This document shows, in pieces, positions 22,556-32,303 of a stretch of DNA of 64,000 nucleotides. This stretch comes from an uncultured delta proteobacterium (GTDB taxonomy: Bacteria > Desulfobacterota > Binatia > UBA9968). A model generated the notes under the pieces. The model was not told the DNA's origin. It saw only the letters and a list, made by a program, of their open reading frames with translations, and made no database searches. The stretch lies in contig CAVTUQ010000037.1 of assembly GCA_963737905.1 (NCBI GenBank), positions 96,001-160,000 of the forward strand, read 5' to 3'. The translations under genes and the position numbers were made by a program. Within the stretch, counting starts at the first letter, position 1. Each line of letters begins with the position of its first letter.

Positions 22556-23563
22556 ATGGCCCGGTTACAAAGATGGTTGGTCCTTTTCCTGCCTTTGTTT
22601 GTTGGCTCGCTTCCAATCGCGCGCGCCGCGTCAACGGATGCTACATCCGAGGCTGCGCGGCGTGAGGGCGAAGTCGTATTCTACGCTTCGATGAATTTAG
22701 GTGAGGCCAACATCATGATCGCCGAGTTCGAAAAGCGTTATCCGTTTATAAAAGTTAAACTCAATCGAGCGGGCAGCGAAAAGCTTTTGACCCGGGTCCT
22801 CGCCGAGGCCAGGGCTAAGAGGGTTTCCGCTGACGTCATTCAAACGGTCGAATTTAGCATGCATATCCTCAAACGCAGCGGCGTGCTGGCGCGCCACGTT
22901 TCTCCGAACGATGCTCTCTATCCAAAGAATTTTAAGGAAGAAGAATTTTGGACAACCGTCTATTACAACCCCTACGTCGCTGCCTATAACACTAGGCTCG
23001 TGGCGCCGCGAATGGCACCCAAAACTTACGACGACCTCCTCGATCCCAAATGGAGAGGAAAGCTGATGATGGAGGGCACGAAGGCGGACTGGTTTGCCGG
23101 AATGTTGCAGATCATGGGACGGGAGCGCGGTCTTCAATACATGCGTCAACTCGCCAAGCAAGAACCGATGCTTCGGGAGGGACACGAGCTATTGGCACAG
23201 CTGGTGGCTGCTGGAGAAGGCCTTTGCGATATAAACATTCCGGCGTCTTCGGTGGACCGCGTGAAAGAAAAAGGCGCTCCCATCGACTGGATCGCGTTGG
23301 GCGAGGCACCGGCCATCATGGTAGGCATCGGATTAGCCTCGCAAGCCGCCCATGTAAACGCGGCCAAGCTTTTCATTGAATTTGCATTGTCTCGCGAGGG
23401 ACAGAAACTCCAGCAAGGTTTTGGGCGACTCGTCGCCCGAACCGACCTTGCATCCGAGCAGCCGGCGGCGATAAGACAAATTAAGATGGTGCCCGTTAAT
23501 CCGGAACTGGCGGAAAAGATGAACGACTACGCCAAACAACTCAGAACGATCTTCGGTAGCTGA
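22556..23563 (+). CDS. Extracellular solute-binding protein (Fe3+/thiamine-type)
   Basis: Signal peptide, EGEVVFYAS, YNTRLV..PKTYDDLLDPKWRGK, NAAKLFIEFALSREGQ. Confidence 0.85.
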   Translation: MARLQRWLVLFLPLFVGSLPIARAASTDATSEAARREGEVVFYASMNLGEANIMIAEFEKRYPFIKVKLNRAGSEKLLTRVLAEARAKRVSADVIQTVEFSMHILKRSGVLARHVSPNDALYPKNFKEEEFWTTVYYNPYVAAYNTRLVAPRMAPKTYDDLLDPKWRGKLMMEGTKADWFAGMLQIMGRERGLQYMRQLAKQEPMLREGHELLAQLVAAGEGLCDINIPASSVDRVKEKGAPIDWIALGEAPAIMVGIGLASQAAHVNAAKLFIEFALSREGQKLQQGFGRLVARTDLASEQPAAIRQIKMVPVNPELAEKMNDYAKQLRTIFGS

Positions 23564-23611
23564 AGAGCCTTGATCAGCGCCACAGCCTATTGAAAAAAAA
23601 GGAGTCATTCT

Positions 23612-24385
23612 ATGCGTATTATGTTCTTGAACCATTCCTTCGTGCGTCATTCAACGGCATTGGAAGCTCACATTAGAAAGCTTCTCGCGAGCTATGCCTC
23701 ACCCGGTACGACGTTTGAATTGGCGTATCCTGATGATCTCGGCGGCGGGGCAGTATTGAGCCTCTTGGAGGAACGAAAAGCCCTCTCCGGCCTGCATCAT
23801 ATCTTGGAAACTCCGGCCCTCGTGCAAAAGGCCATCGAGGCTGAGCGTTCAGGGTTCGATGCCGTGATGCAAAGCAATACCTTTGATCCTGGAGTAGAAG
23901 CCAGCCGGCTTGCTGTGCGCATACCGGTGATCGGTCTGCTACGCGCTTCGCTTCACTTTGCCGCCAGCATCTGCGACCGCTTTGGTCTGATCGTTCCCCT
24001 CGAGACCCACATGCCGCACACCATGAGATTGGTGCAAAGCTATGGGATGACCCCTTTTGTCTGCGGCATGAGAACAGTGGGTCTCTATGATACCGGCGAT
24101 CTATCCGGTTACCATGACGTTGTCGTCGAGCGCACCCTGGCCGTCGGTAAAGAGCTAGTGGAGCAAGGTGCCCAGGCGATTATCCCGTTGGGAGGCAAGA
24201 TTTATCCTTATGTTGTCACCCCGGAGGAGCTAGAGCCGCATCTCGGGGTGCCCGTCATCAATACCAAAGCCGTGGGAGTGGCCTACGCCGAGCTGATGGT
24301 GCGGTCAAAGATCAGCCACAGCATAAAGGCTTATCCCTGCCCGACCGGACTCTCTCCTGAGGCAGTCTCCAAACGCTCGAAGTGA
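23612..24385 (+). CDS. Asp/Glu/hydantoin racemase-family protein lacking the catalytic Cys pair
   Basis: AERSGFDAV, DPGVEASRLAVRIPVIG, GAQAIIP, GVPVIN scaffold. Confidence 0.75.
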   Translation: MRIMFLNHSFVRHSTALEAHIRKLLASYASPGTTFELAYPDDLGGGAVLSLLEERKALSGLHHILETPALVQKAIEAERSGFDAVMQSNTFDPGVEASRLAVRIPVIGLLRASLHFAASICDRFGLIVPLETHMPHTMRLVQSYGMTPFVCGMRTVGLYDTGDLSGYHDVVVERTLAVGKELVEQGAQAIIPLGGKIYPYVVTPEELEPHLGVPVINTKAVGVAYAELMVRSKISHSIKAYPCPTGLSPEAVSKRSK

Positions 24386-24434
24386 GACGCGACAGTTCAA
24401 CTGGATACGAAGAGGATCCTAGTAAAGAAAGGAC

Positions 24435-25535
24435 TTGGCAATGATCATTGACGGCGATGGTCACTTTTTTGAAACGGAAGAAATGTTTGAAAAGTATATG
24501 GAGCCTTCGCTCAGAAACTATCGTCCGAGACTGCTCACTGATGACCAAGGGTATAATTTCTGGGTTGTTGACGGCGAGACTCCGTACAAAAGGCCTTCGA
24601 TCAAAGGGGCCGGTGCTCCCGGCACGGCTGCGCCTCCCGGAAAAGCGATACAATCCGCGCGGCGCGCGTCCGCAGGCAGCCAGACTCTAACCAACATTAA
24701 AGACCGGCTTGACGATCTGGACAAAGAAGCCATCGACATGCAATTCCTTTACCCGAGCTTTCTTTTGCATGTCAACGCATGGCCGGACGGCATCCTGGCG
24801 ATGGGTGTTTGCCGCGCTTACAATACCTGGCTGGCGGAGGCCTGCAAAAAAGCACCGGATCGTCTCAAAGGTGTCGGCGTCGTGTCTCTGCAGAATCCCG
24901 AAGGTGCCGCCAAAGAGCTGTCACGTCTCAAAGAGCTGGGGATGTCTTCAGTGATGATTAACGGAACCGCCGGCGCCAAGCGGCTCGACCATTCCGACCA
25001 CGATCCGTTCTTTGCCGAGGCCGATCGTTTAAATCTGCCCATTGCGGTTCACTTCAGCCTCCAGTTTCCATTGGTCGACAAACTTTTTGAGCACCATTTT
25101 CCGAATCGGGTGCTGGCTGGCATATTCCCCATCATGGCGGGTCTGACCAGCGTGCTCTGCTCCGGCCTATTGGACCGCTACAAGAATCTCAAGTTTGCCT
25201 TCCTCGAAGGAGGCATCAGTTGGGTTCCAGCTCATGTAGAGCGCATGGACGATCACTTTGACAATCCCCGTTATAACGCGCGAGACCTCATTAGCCACCC
25301 GCCGAGCGATTACTTGAAATCCGGCAGGATCTTCTTCGGCTGCGAGGGCAATGAACCTTTTCTCGGCCGCGTGGTAGAAGAAGTCGGAGAGGATCTGTTC
25401 ATCTATTCATCCGATTATCCACACGCGGACCGGACAGAAGGGACGGCACAGTATCTGAAGCTGCGGGATGATATCCCGGGAGCTGTCCGAAAGAAGCTTT
25501 TGGAAGACAACGCCCGTCGGTTTTACAGTCTCTGA
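24435..25535 (+). CDS. Amidohydrolase_2 family metal-dependent hydrolase/decarboxylase
   Basis: IIDGDGH, RAYNTWLAE, PIAVH, FLEGGISW, SSDYPHAD, LEDNARRFY. Confidence 0.88.
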   Translation: MAMIIDGDGHFFETEEMFEKYMEPSLRNYRPRLLTDDQGYNFWVVDGETPYKRPSIKGAGAPGTAAPPGKAIQSARRASAGSQTLTNIKDRLDDLDKEAIDMQFLYPSFLLHVNAWPDGILAMGVCRAYNTWLAEACKKAPDRLKGVGVVSLQNPEGAAKELSRLKELGMSSVMINGTAGAKRLDHSDHDPFFAEADRLNLPIAVHFSLQFPLVDKLFEHHFPNRVLAGIFPIMAGLTSVLCSGLLDRYKNLKFAFLEGGISWVPAHVERMDDHFDNPRYNARDLISHPPSDYLKSGRIFFGCEGNEPFLGRVVEEVGEDLFIYSSDYPHADRTEGTAQYLKLRDDIPGAVRKKLLEDNARRFYSL

Positions 25536-25685
25536 CCCGGTGATCGTTCTGATTCGCGTATTGAAAACGGTTTGTGAAGCAATCTGGACGCTTCGGCTCT
25601 TCATCTCCCTTGCGTTTTTTTCTTCCCTGTTCAGTTTGAAGCATTTTATAATAGTGGCGTCTAATGAAGGAGAGGAGGTGATATT

Positions 25686-26030
25686 ATGAAAAGCATGCTC
25701 AAGGTTTTAGTTATCGCTTTAACCGCCTTGGCTTTTAGTGGCGTCAGCTTTGCAGCCGATACGGCAACGAAGTCAAAGCCGAAGGCCATTAGCGCCACGG
25801 GTGCAGTTACGGCGGTGGATGCCAAGGCGGGTACTCTGAGTGTCAAGACCAAAGATAAAGATCTTGACCTGACCGCTACTTCCAAAGCGAAAGGCACTCT
25901 GGGAAAGGTCAAAGTAGGTGACACGGTTAAGGTTTCCTACACCGCGAAAGACGGCAAGATGAACGCCAGCAGCATAACTATGGCTAAGGCCCCGTCCAAA
26001 GCCCAGGCTGAAAAGGCTGACACGAAGTAA
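25686..26030 (+). CDS. Small secreted Lys/Ala-rich OB-fold-like protein
   Basis: GGAGGTG RBS, signal peptide ending SFA, GAVTAVDAKAGTLSV...KVGDTVKVSY; own terminator. Confidence 0.8.
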   Translation: MKSMLKVLVIALTALAFSGVSFAADTATKSKPKAISATGAVTAVDAKAGTLSVKTKDKDLDLTATSKAKGTLGKVKVGDTVKVSYTAKDGKMNASSITMAKAPSKAQAEKADTK

Positions 26031-26051
26031 CCGTTTGTTCGTGACACTTTG

Positions 26052-26091
26052 AAAGAGGGATAGTAGACAAATCTGCTGTCCCTCTTTTTTT
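26052..26091 (+). terminator. Intrinsic terminator
   Basis: AAAGAGGGATAGTAGA-loop-TCTGCTGTCCCTC followed by a T run. Confidence 0.85.
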
Positions 26092-26230
26092 GGATCCGTC
26101 CAGAACGCGATCTCGCTTGAGCTTTTCGAGCTTCACTCGGCCAAGATCGCCCGCTTGATTCCAACCTGCTCGATACTATAGAATTTTGCTTTGTGAAGGG
26201 TTGTTTGGCGCGCTGAAAGGAGGAGTGGAG

Positions 26231-26413
26231 ATGGACCTGCCGAAATGCCAAAAATGCAACAATGGGATTCTTATCCCGTTATCAGACTACGGACAGGATG
26301 GCGCAGCGGTAATATTCAAAGCCTGGGTTTGTACGAATCCGGAGTGCGGTTTCTCACTGCGGGTGGATAAAGGCGAGGTCAGTTACGGCAAGAAAGTCGA
26401 ACCTAAGCACTGA
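26231..26413 (+). CDS. 60-aa zinc-ribbon-like hypothetical protein
   Basis: AAGGAGGAG RBS; CQKC...CTNPEC. Confidence 0.7.
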   Translation: MDLPKCQKCNNGILIPLSDYGQDGAAVIFKAWVCTNPECGFSLRVDKGEVSYGKKVEPKH

Positions 26414-26481
26414 TTAAATCAAGCAAATCGGCGATTCTCGATCGGAGCCCGTATCTAATCGTCGCTCTCCACGTCTTAATC

Positions 26482-27138
26482 TTAAGCGGCAATGGTTCGA
26501 TTAAAGCTCTGAATTGCCCGGCCAAAAAGCTCACATCCAGTTTGCAGGGCCTCTAAACAACGCTGTTGCGTCTTCGCATCTGTGCCATAGCGACGTAGCA
26601 CCTCAGGCGCCAGCCACTCGTGACCCGCCTCATCGGCTAAGAGCGTATCTCGATAAATGGACGCAGTCTCTGGATCGATGGGCTCGATCCGTTCGATGAA
26701 TGACTTTGAAGTTCGGGGAAAGAATTCCTCGTGACCATACTGTACGCTCGCGAAAAGCTCGCAAAAAGAGCCCAGGGCAGCATGAAAATCCCAAAGGCGC
26801 CCAAGTTCTTCCAGAGGTTTGTTCCACAAGGCGTCGGGATCGCCGTTGAGCTCCGTGATCCTCTTACGCAGAATGGAGGCGTGCTTCAGCTCATTGGCCA
26901 CGTACTCCGACAGACAGTGTTGCAGTTCCAGCTCAGGCAGATGCGATACCCAGGGGGCGCTGACTTCGGCAGCCTTTCGCTCCATCACGACGCCAAACTG
27001 CAACCGCCGCAGGATAATCTCAGGTGTCAGGGGTTTTTCCGCGCCATAGCTCTTGCGTTCCGTGGTCATCTTTTCCCAAAAGGCTTCGCGACGATCCGAC
27101 AATCGCTTCAGAAAGTCCTCGGGGCTCAGTGCTTCCAT
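26482..27138 (-). CDS. Ferritin-like diiron-carboxylate protein
   Basis: Two ExxH motifs (NELKH, DEAGH), each preceded by an acidic helix. Confidence 0.7.
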   Translation of the reverse strand: MEALSPEDFLKRLSDRREAFWEKMTTERKSYGAEKPLTPEIILRRLQFGVVMERKAAEVSAPWVSHLPELELQHCLSEYVANELKHASILRKRITELNGDPDALWNKPLEELGRLWDFHAALGSFCELFASVQYGHEEFFPRTSKSFIERIEPIDPETASIYRDTLLADEAGHEWLAPEVLRRYGTDAKTQQRCLEALQTGCELFGRAIQSFNRTIAA

Positions 27139-27278
27139 CGTTCACCTCTCATGCATCAAAAAACGGTGATTGACTTAGGAAACCTTTTAGGTTTTAACAA
27201 TACAGAAAATTCCCTTTATGTAAAGGCTCATTGGAGTCAGTCTAACCTCTGAATTTTATCTCCAACCGTTGGATTTTC

Positions 27279-28022
27279 ATGGATCCTATCGAAGCCAAAG
27301 CCTACGTCGACAATCTGTATCACGAACTCTATCTCCATTGGGAACGGAAGATTAGTCAAGGACCGTTCATGACCCAACTGAGAGAAGGGCGCCTGCCGTT
27401 GCCTTGCATGCGCCGCTTCTTTAAAGATTGGGGGCTTTTTTCCGTGGAGGTGGTTGCCTTGAACGCGGTCTCCTATTACGTTCATCTGCCATTTTTTATT
27501 GGCAACTATGATCTCCTGCCCGGGTTCACGGAAAAGATCGCTGAGGAGTTGATTTCGCCCAAACCTCCCGGACATACGCTAATCTTGCTCGAAACCGCGG
27601 AAGCGCTAGGGCTTTCCCGGCAAGAAGTGCTCGAGCAACCTGCTTCCGCCGCCGGAAGGGCTATCAGCGATTATTGCCGGCGCATTTTCCAAGACGGCTC
27701 GATCATAGAGCTCTGGGGCATGCATGTCTACGAAGAAACCCTCGGCTATTGGTCGAAGCAATGGGCGGAAGCGCTGGTCTCCAACTACGGTTTGAACCAG
27801 AAACAGGCCGCTTATTTTACCGCCCACGCCGAAGCGGACTTGGTTCAGCACGACGGGCGCATGGGTCACGGCCCGCTGAATCGTATGATCCTCCAGCGCA
27901 TTCTGGAGCAAGGCATGACAGCCAAAAAGCTGGGCTATGATCCAAAATACTGCGCTTTCACCATGGTAGATCTTCAGTCGCTCATGGAAAACAACGCTCT
28001 CGAGAACCCGTATCCCGCTTAG
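27279..28022 (+). CDS. Heme-oxygenase-like (TenA/PqqC/CADD) iron redox enzyme
   Basis: PFMTQLREGRL, EELISPKPPGH, VYEE, YFTAHAEAD...H. Confidence 0.75.
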   Translation: MDPIEAKAYVDNLYHELYLHWERKISQGPFMTQLREGRLPLPCMRRFFKDWGLFSVEVVALNAVSYYVHLPFFIGNYDLLPGFTEKIAEELISPKPPGHTLILLETAEALGLSRQEVLEQPASAAGRAISDYCRRIFQDGSIIELWGMHVYEETLGYWSKQWAEALVSNYGLNQKQAAYFTAHAEADLVQHDGRMGHGPLNRMILQRILEQGMTAKKLGYDPKYCAFTMVDLQSLMENNALENPYPA

Positions 28023-28097
28023 AACCTTGAGTCTCATTCGATTCTTAGAGAAACACCTTCCATTGCTAGCTGTTTTCACCTCCTTTGTGGGTTCGGT

Positions 28098-29057
28098 ATG
28101 AATAAGGTTTTAAACACGTACATCAAGCCTATGTTCGTAGCCTCGCTTTTCCTTGCTCTTTGTTTCCATTCTCTTGTGAGCGCCGCTGCGCAGCCACGAG
28201 GAAAGTGGGTGATTCGCACGCCTCTGCCATCGACGAGAACCGAAGTGGCCGCCGTTGAGCTTAACGAGAAAATCTATGTGATGGGCGGTTACGAAAAAAA
28301 CGGCGATCTCGTAGAAGCCTATGATCCGGCTAAAGATAGCTGGCAGCGCCGCGCCGCGCTCCCGCGGCCGTTGCATCATGTGGGCGCCGCCGCGGTGGGC
28401 GGAAAAATCTACCTCATCGGCGGATACATCTCCGGCGAAGGTCCGGTCAACACGGTCTATGAGTATGATCCAGTCATGGATCAATGGCGTATGCGGGCGG
28501 CCATGCCGACGGCGCGAGGTGCATTGGCCGTCGGTGTGATTGAGGGAAAGATCTACGCCATCGGTGGTGTGGGCTCGAATCGCAGAAACACGAACGCAAA
28601 CGAATCCTATGATCCCGTCCAAGATCGTTGGGCGAAACTCGCCCCCATGCCGACGCCGCGAGACCATCACGCGATCGGCGTTCTGAACGGCAAGCTCTAC
28701 GCCATCGGCGGGCGCATCAATGGTAGGCACGATAAAAGCATTACGGAAAACGAAGAATATGATCCTGCAACAAACCATTGGCGGGCCCGGGCCCCATTGC
28801 CTACTGTGAGAAGCGGAATTGTGGCTGCTTCTCTAAACGGCCAAATTTTTGTTTTCGGCGGCGAGTCCAATTCCGGAACCCACAGCCAAACCGAGTCCTA
28901 CAACCCGGCTTCAAATCGATGGCAATCCTGGGCTCCCATGCCCACCCCCCGCCACGGATTAGGAGCCGCGGTGCTTGGTCACTCCATTTACGTCATCTCG
29001 GGCGGGCCCAAGCCTGGCGCCACTTTTTCCTCGGTAAACGAAGTCTTCACACCGTGA
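28098..29057 (+). CDS. Secreted Kelch-repeat beta-propeller protein
   Basis: Signal peptide; six IYxxGG...YDP..W...PMPTPR-type repeats. Confidence 0.9.
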   Translation: MNKVLNTYIKPMFVASLFLALCFHSLVSAAAQPRGKWVIRTPLPSTRTEVAAVELNEKIYVMGGYEKNGDLVEAYDPAKDSWQRRAALPRPLHHVGAAAVGGKIYLIGGYISGEGPVNTVYEYDPVMDQWRMRAAMPTARGALAVGVIEGKIYAIGGVGSNRRNTNANESYDPVQDRWAKLAPMPTPRDHHAIGVLNGKLYAIGGRINGRHDKSITENEEYDPATNHWRARAPLPTVRSGIVAASLNGQIFVFGGESNSGTHSQTESYNPASNRWQSWAPMPTPRHGLGAAVLGHSIYVISGGPKPGATFSSVNEVFTP

Positions 29058-29123
29058 ACTTATATCTGCAGACTACTGTAGTGGGAACATGCGAACCATA
29101 CGCTATAAGCCAACCGAAGCACG

Positions 29124-30764
29124 CTAGCTTTTTAACTCTTCCGGCGCCACAAACCCATGACGCAAAGTGTTTTCAGAAATAGTCCTGGGTTCAAGAAATT
29201 GGAGCAGATAATCCGGGCCGCCGGCTTTAGAGCCGATGCCAGACAGCTTAAGGCCTCCGAAGGGTTGTCGTTCGACAATGGCGCCCGTGATGCCGCGGTT
29301 AATGTAAAGATTACCCACACGAAACTCCCGGCGCGCTCGATCGATATGCGCGGGCGAACGGGAGAAAACGCCACCCGTCAACCCATAGGCCGAGCGATTC
29401 GCGATCTCCAACGCACAACTGAAATCCTTGGCTTTGATAACCGAAAGCACAGGTCCAAAAATTTCCTCGTTAGCCAGGCGATGATCCGGCTCAATCTCGC
29501 TGAAAATGGCCGGTCCAACAAAAAATCCCTTCGTTGGTGCTTGCCCCTCGAGCACGCATTTTCCTTCCCGCTTGCCGAGAGCGAGATAGCCGATGATCTT
29601 TGAGTGCGCGGCGGCATCGATGACCGGACCGATAAAATTCCTCGGATCCTCGGGCGGACCGATCTTGAGGCTCCGAACCGCTTCAATCAACCGTTCCAAC
29701 AGAATGTCATGAATTTCATCGACAAGGATGATGCGCGAAGCAGCCGAACACTTCTGACCCTGGTACCCAAAGGCCGACTCGACGATGTGAACTACAGCTT
29801 CGTCCAGATCGGCATCTTCATCGACGATGATGGCATTCTTGCCGCCCATCTCGCACACGACCCGCTTTACATGCTCTTGGCCCGGTTGATGATCGTAAGC
29901 CGTGCGCAGAATTTCCAAGCCGACCTCCCGCGATCCGGTAAAAGCGATGAGTTGCACCGAGGCATGGCGTACTAAATAGGCCCCCAATTCGCCACCCCCT
30001 TGAACAAGTTGGACCGCAGAACCCGGCAAACCGGCCTCACGGAGGATCTCTACCAACAGGGCGCCGAGCACGGGCGACTGCTCCGCCGGTTTTACTACGG
30101 CGCAGTTTCCCGCCACCAAAGCCGCTGCCGTCATACCGGTGAGAATTGCCAGCGGGAAATTCCACGGTGCAATCACGATGGCCACTCCCCGGGATTCGTA
30201 AAGGTAAGCATTGATTTCTCCGGGCAATCTTTGGGTTACCCTCGGTGCGCTCAGCCGCAGCATCTCCCGGCCGTAATACTCAAGGTAGTCAATGGCCTCA
30301 GCGACGTCGGCATCCGCTTCGCGCCAGCCCTTGCCAACTTCAAAGACTTCCCAAGCTGCCAGTTCAATGCGGCGGCCGCGCATGATCTCAGCGGCGCGGA
30401 ACATAAAAGCGGCACGCTCCTTGGCCGGCGTGTGTCCCCACTGAGGAAAATACTCCGTTGCATTAAGGAGAGACCGCTCTGCCTCGCCTCGCCCCGCAAC
30501 AGGGACACGGCCGATGATTTCTTGAGGAGCGGCCGGGTTCACCGAATCGATCCATGTTTTTGTTTCCACATCCTCCCCACCGATCCAGAGTGGGTAACTA
30601 CGAGCGAATTGTTTTCTGACAGTCTTCAGCATCTGGGCAAACTGGCTCCGGTTTTCCACACGTGAGAAATCCAAGAGCGGTTCATTTTGGAACGGCTCCA
30701 CCACGTCGCTCGCTGCTCTTTTCCGCGTGGTCTTGCGGGCCTGCGTGAGTGTCTTCTTCGGCAT
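29124..30764 (-). CDS. Delta-1-pyrroline-5-carboxylate dehydrogenase (C-terminal half of PutA)
   Basis: PFQNEP, PWNFPLAI, FTGS, EMGGKN, GQKCSA, EEIFGP, PFGG. Confidence 0.9.
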   Translation of the reverse strand: MPKKTLTQARKTTRKRAASDVVEPFQNEPLLDFSRVENRSQFAQMLKTVRKQFARSYPLWIGGEDVETKTWIDSVNPAAPQEIIGRVPVAGRGEAERSLLNATEYFPQWGHTPAKERAAFMFRAAEIMRGRRIELAAWEVFEVGKGWREADADVAEAIDYLEYYGREMLRLSAPRVTQRLPGEINAYLYESRGVAIVIAPWNFPLAILTGMTAAALVAGNCAVVKPAEQSPVLGALLVEILREAGLPGSAVQLVQGGGELGAYLVRHASVQLIAFTGSREVGLEILRTAYDHQPGQEHVKRVVCEMGGKNAIIVDEDADLDEAVVHIVESAFGYQGQKCSAASRIILVDEIHDILLERLIEAVRSLKIGPPEDPRNFIGPVIDAAAHSKIIGYLALGKREGKCVLEGQAPTKGFFVGPAIFSEIEPDHRLANEEIFGPVLSVIKAKDFSCALEIANRSAYGLTGGVFSRSPAHIDRARREFRVGNLYINRGITGAIVERQPFGGLKLSGIGSKAGGPDYLLQFLEPRTISENTLRHGFVAPEELKS

Positions 30765-32100
30765 CGGCGGTCATAATCAGTCTATCGATCTGTTCTTCCT
30801 CGGCGTAAGTCTGGCGCAGGAATGAGGTATTCGACGTGTTCTCCATCAGCCTCCGAATGAGATAGGCCATGCCCGGAAGGAGCCTACCCACCGGAAGGTA
30901 GACACGCACCCGCTGGCCATTTTGAACGATCGCCTGCCTAATCGGCTCGCCCATACCGTAGAGCATCTGAATCTCGTAGCCCCGATTCGGCATGCCGATT
31001 TCCTTAGCCGTTACGATCGCATGCGCGAGGCTGCGGATGTTGTGGCTTCCGAAGGCCGCATCGATCACATCGTGGCTCTCCAAGAGCAAGCGCGTTAGCC
31101 GCTCGTAGTGGGTGTCGGTCTCCGCTTTGTCCAGGAAAACCGGTATCGGCCAGCCCTTCTGTCTGGCCCAGGTAATCTCGCTGTCCCAATAGGCTCCTTT
31201 CACAAGACGCACGCCAATGCGTCGCTTTCTGGCGCGCGCCCATTGAATCAGCTCTGTCACGTCATGTTCCGCATCCCGAAGATAGGCCTGAATGGCAATG
31301 GCGGCATGCGGTTGGCTTTCAAATTCGGATTCTTCGAGGAGGTTTTGGAAAATCGCTAAGGTCAAATCTTTAAACGAATATTGTTCCATGTCCAAGGTCA
31401 GTGCGGCATCGAGTCGGGCGGCCTCACGAAATAGCGGCCGAAGACGATCCCGGACAATTGTTTCGCTCTCAGGGTCCAGCGGATCAAAGCGGGCACAGAG
31501 CGATGAGACTTTCACCGACAGATTGACCCTTGGGAGCGGACCGGTTGCGCCCTGATCGATTTGCGGAATGGGCCGCCAACCGGCAGAGATTGTGCTCAAA
31601 CTTTGCAACAGATCGAGGTAGCGGCGCTGAGTCGCCACCGCTTCCTTTTCGCTCAGGGTCGCCTCGCCGACCACGTCGAGCGTGAATGCCGCGGGTTCTT
31701 TGCGCAGAGTTTCAAGCGCCGAGCGAAGCGCCTCCGGTTCCTCGTCGACGATGAAGCGTCGCGCGAGTCGGGTGACGTTATGACGCGCCACCGGCGCCAA
31801 CAGCCAGCCCGCACGAAGCGCTTGAGCGAGAAAAACCAAACCGCCGAAAGCATGATCCACCTTGGCAAAATACTCTTCGAGGTGGCGGCCGATCTCGGCA
31901 GCGGAATCCAAACTGGGTAGAACATCGACGAAGCGAAACAGCGCGACGCGCAGGGACTCATCCTCGAGCGACCACTCGATCATCTTACCCAGCCAGTCCT
32001 GAGGGTCGAACATGGATGGCTTGTGCTCGGCCGCCTGGTGGTAAAGCGAGCAGGCCAGTTGTTGAACCTCTTGCTCTGTTGGATCTATTCCGGGAGTCAT
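30682..32100 (-). CDS. putA: Proline dehydrogenase (N-terminal half of PutA)
   Basis: LFRFVDVLP, LDMEQ, QAYLRD, RLVKGAYWD, SHN, QMLYGM, YLIRRLMEN. Confidence 0.88.
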   Translation of the reverse strand: MTPGIDPTEQEVQQLACSLYHQAAEHKPSMFDPQDWLGKMIEWSLEDESLRVALFRFVDVLPSLDSAAEIGRHLEEYFAKVDHAFGGLVFLAQALRAGWLLAPVARHNVTRLARRFIVDEEPEALRSALETLRKEPAAFTLDVVGEATLSEKEAVATQRRYLDLLQSLSTISAGWRPIPQIDQGATGPLPRVNLSVKVSSLCARFDPLDPESETIVRDRLRPLFREAARLDAALTLDMEQYSFKDLTLAIFQNLLEESEFESQPHAAIAIQAYLRDAEHDVTELIQWARARKRRIGVRLVKGAYWDSEITWARQKGWPIPVFLDKAETDTHYERLTRLLLESHDVIDAAFGSHNIRSLAHAIVTAKEIGMPNRGYEIQMLYGMGEPIRQAIVQNGQRVRVYLPVGRLLPGMAYLIRRLMENTSNTSFLRQTYAEEEQIDRLIMTADAEEDTHAGPQDHAEKSSERRGGAVPK

Positions 32101-32303
32101 GATTGCTGCCTGACCCCGCCCTTCTTCGCCCTCTCGGCCCAGAACGGGAGAGGGAAGGGAGGAGGGATATCATTGTCGATGTAGCAAAACGATTCAAATA
32201 CGTTTGTATTGTTAAGATCTATCATAATACGATCACGGAAGACGATGAAGCCTATGAGAGACAATTTTGCCAAATCATTCAGAAAGCGGGGTGCAACATC
32301 GGT

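Noticed and set aside
32103-32303. N-terminal extension of the TPP enzyme
   Set aside because: Runs through a palindromic repeat and the divergent promoter region; not protein-like
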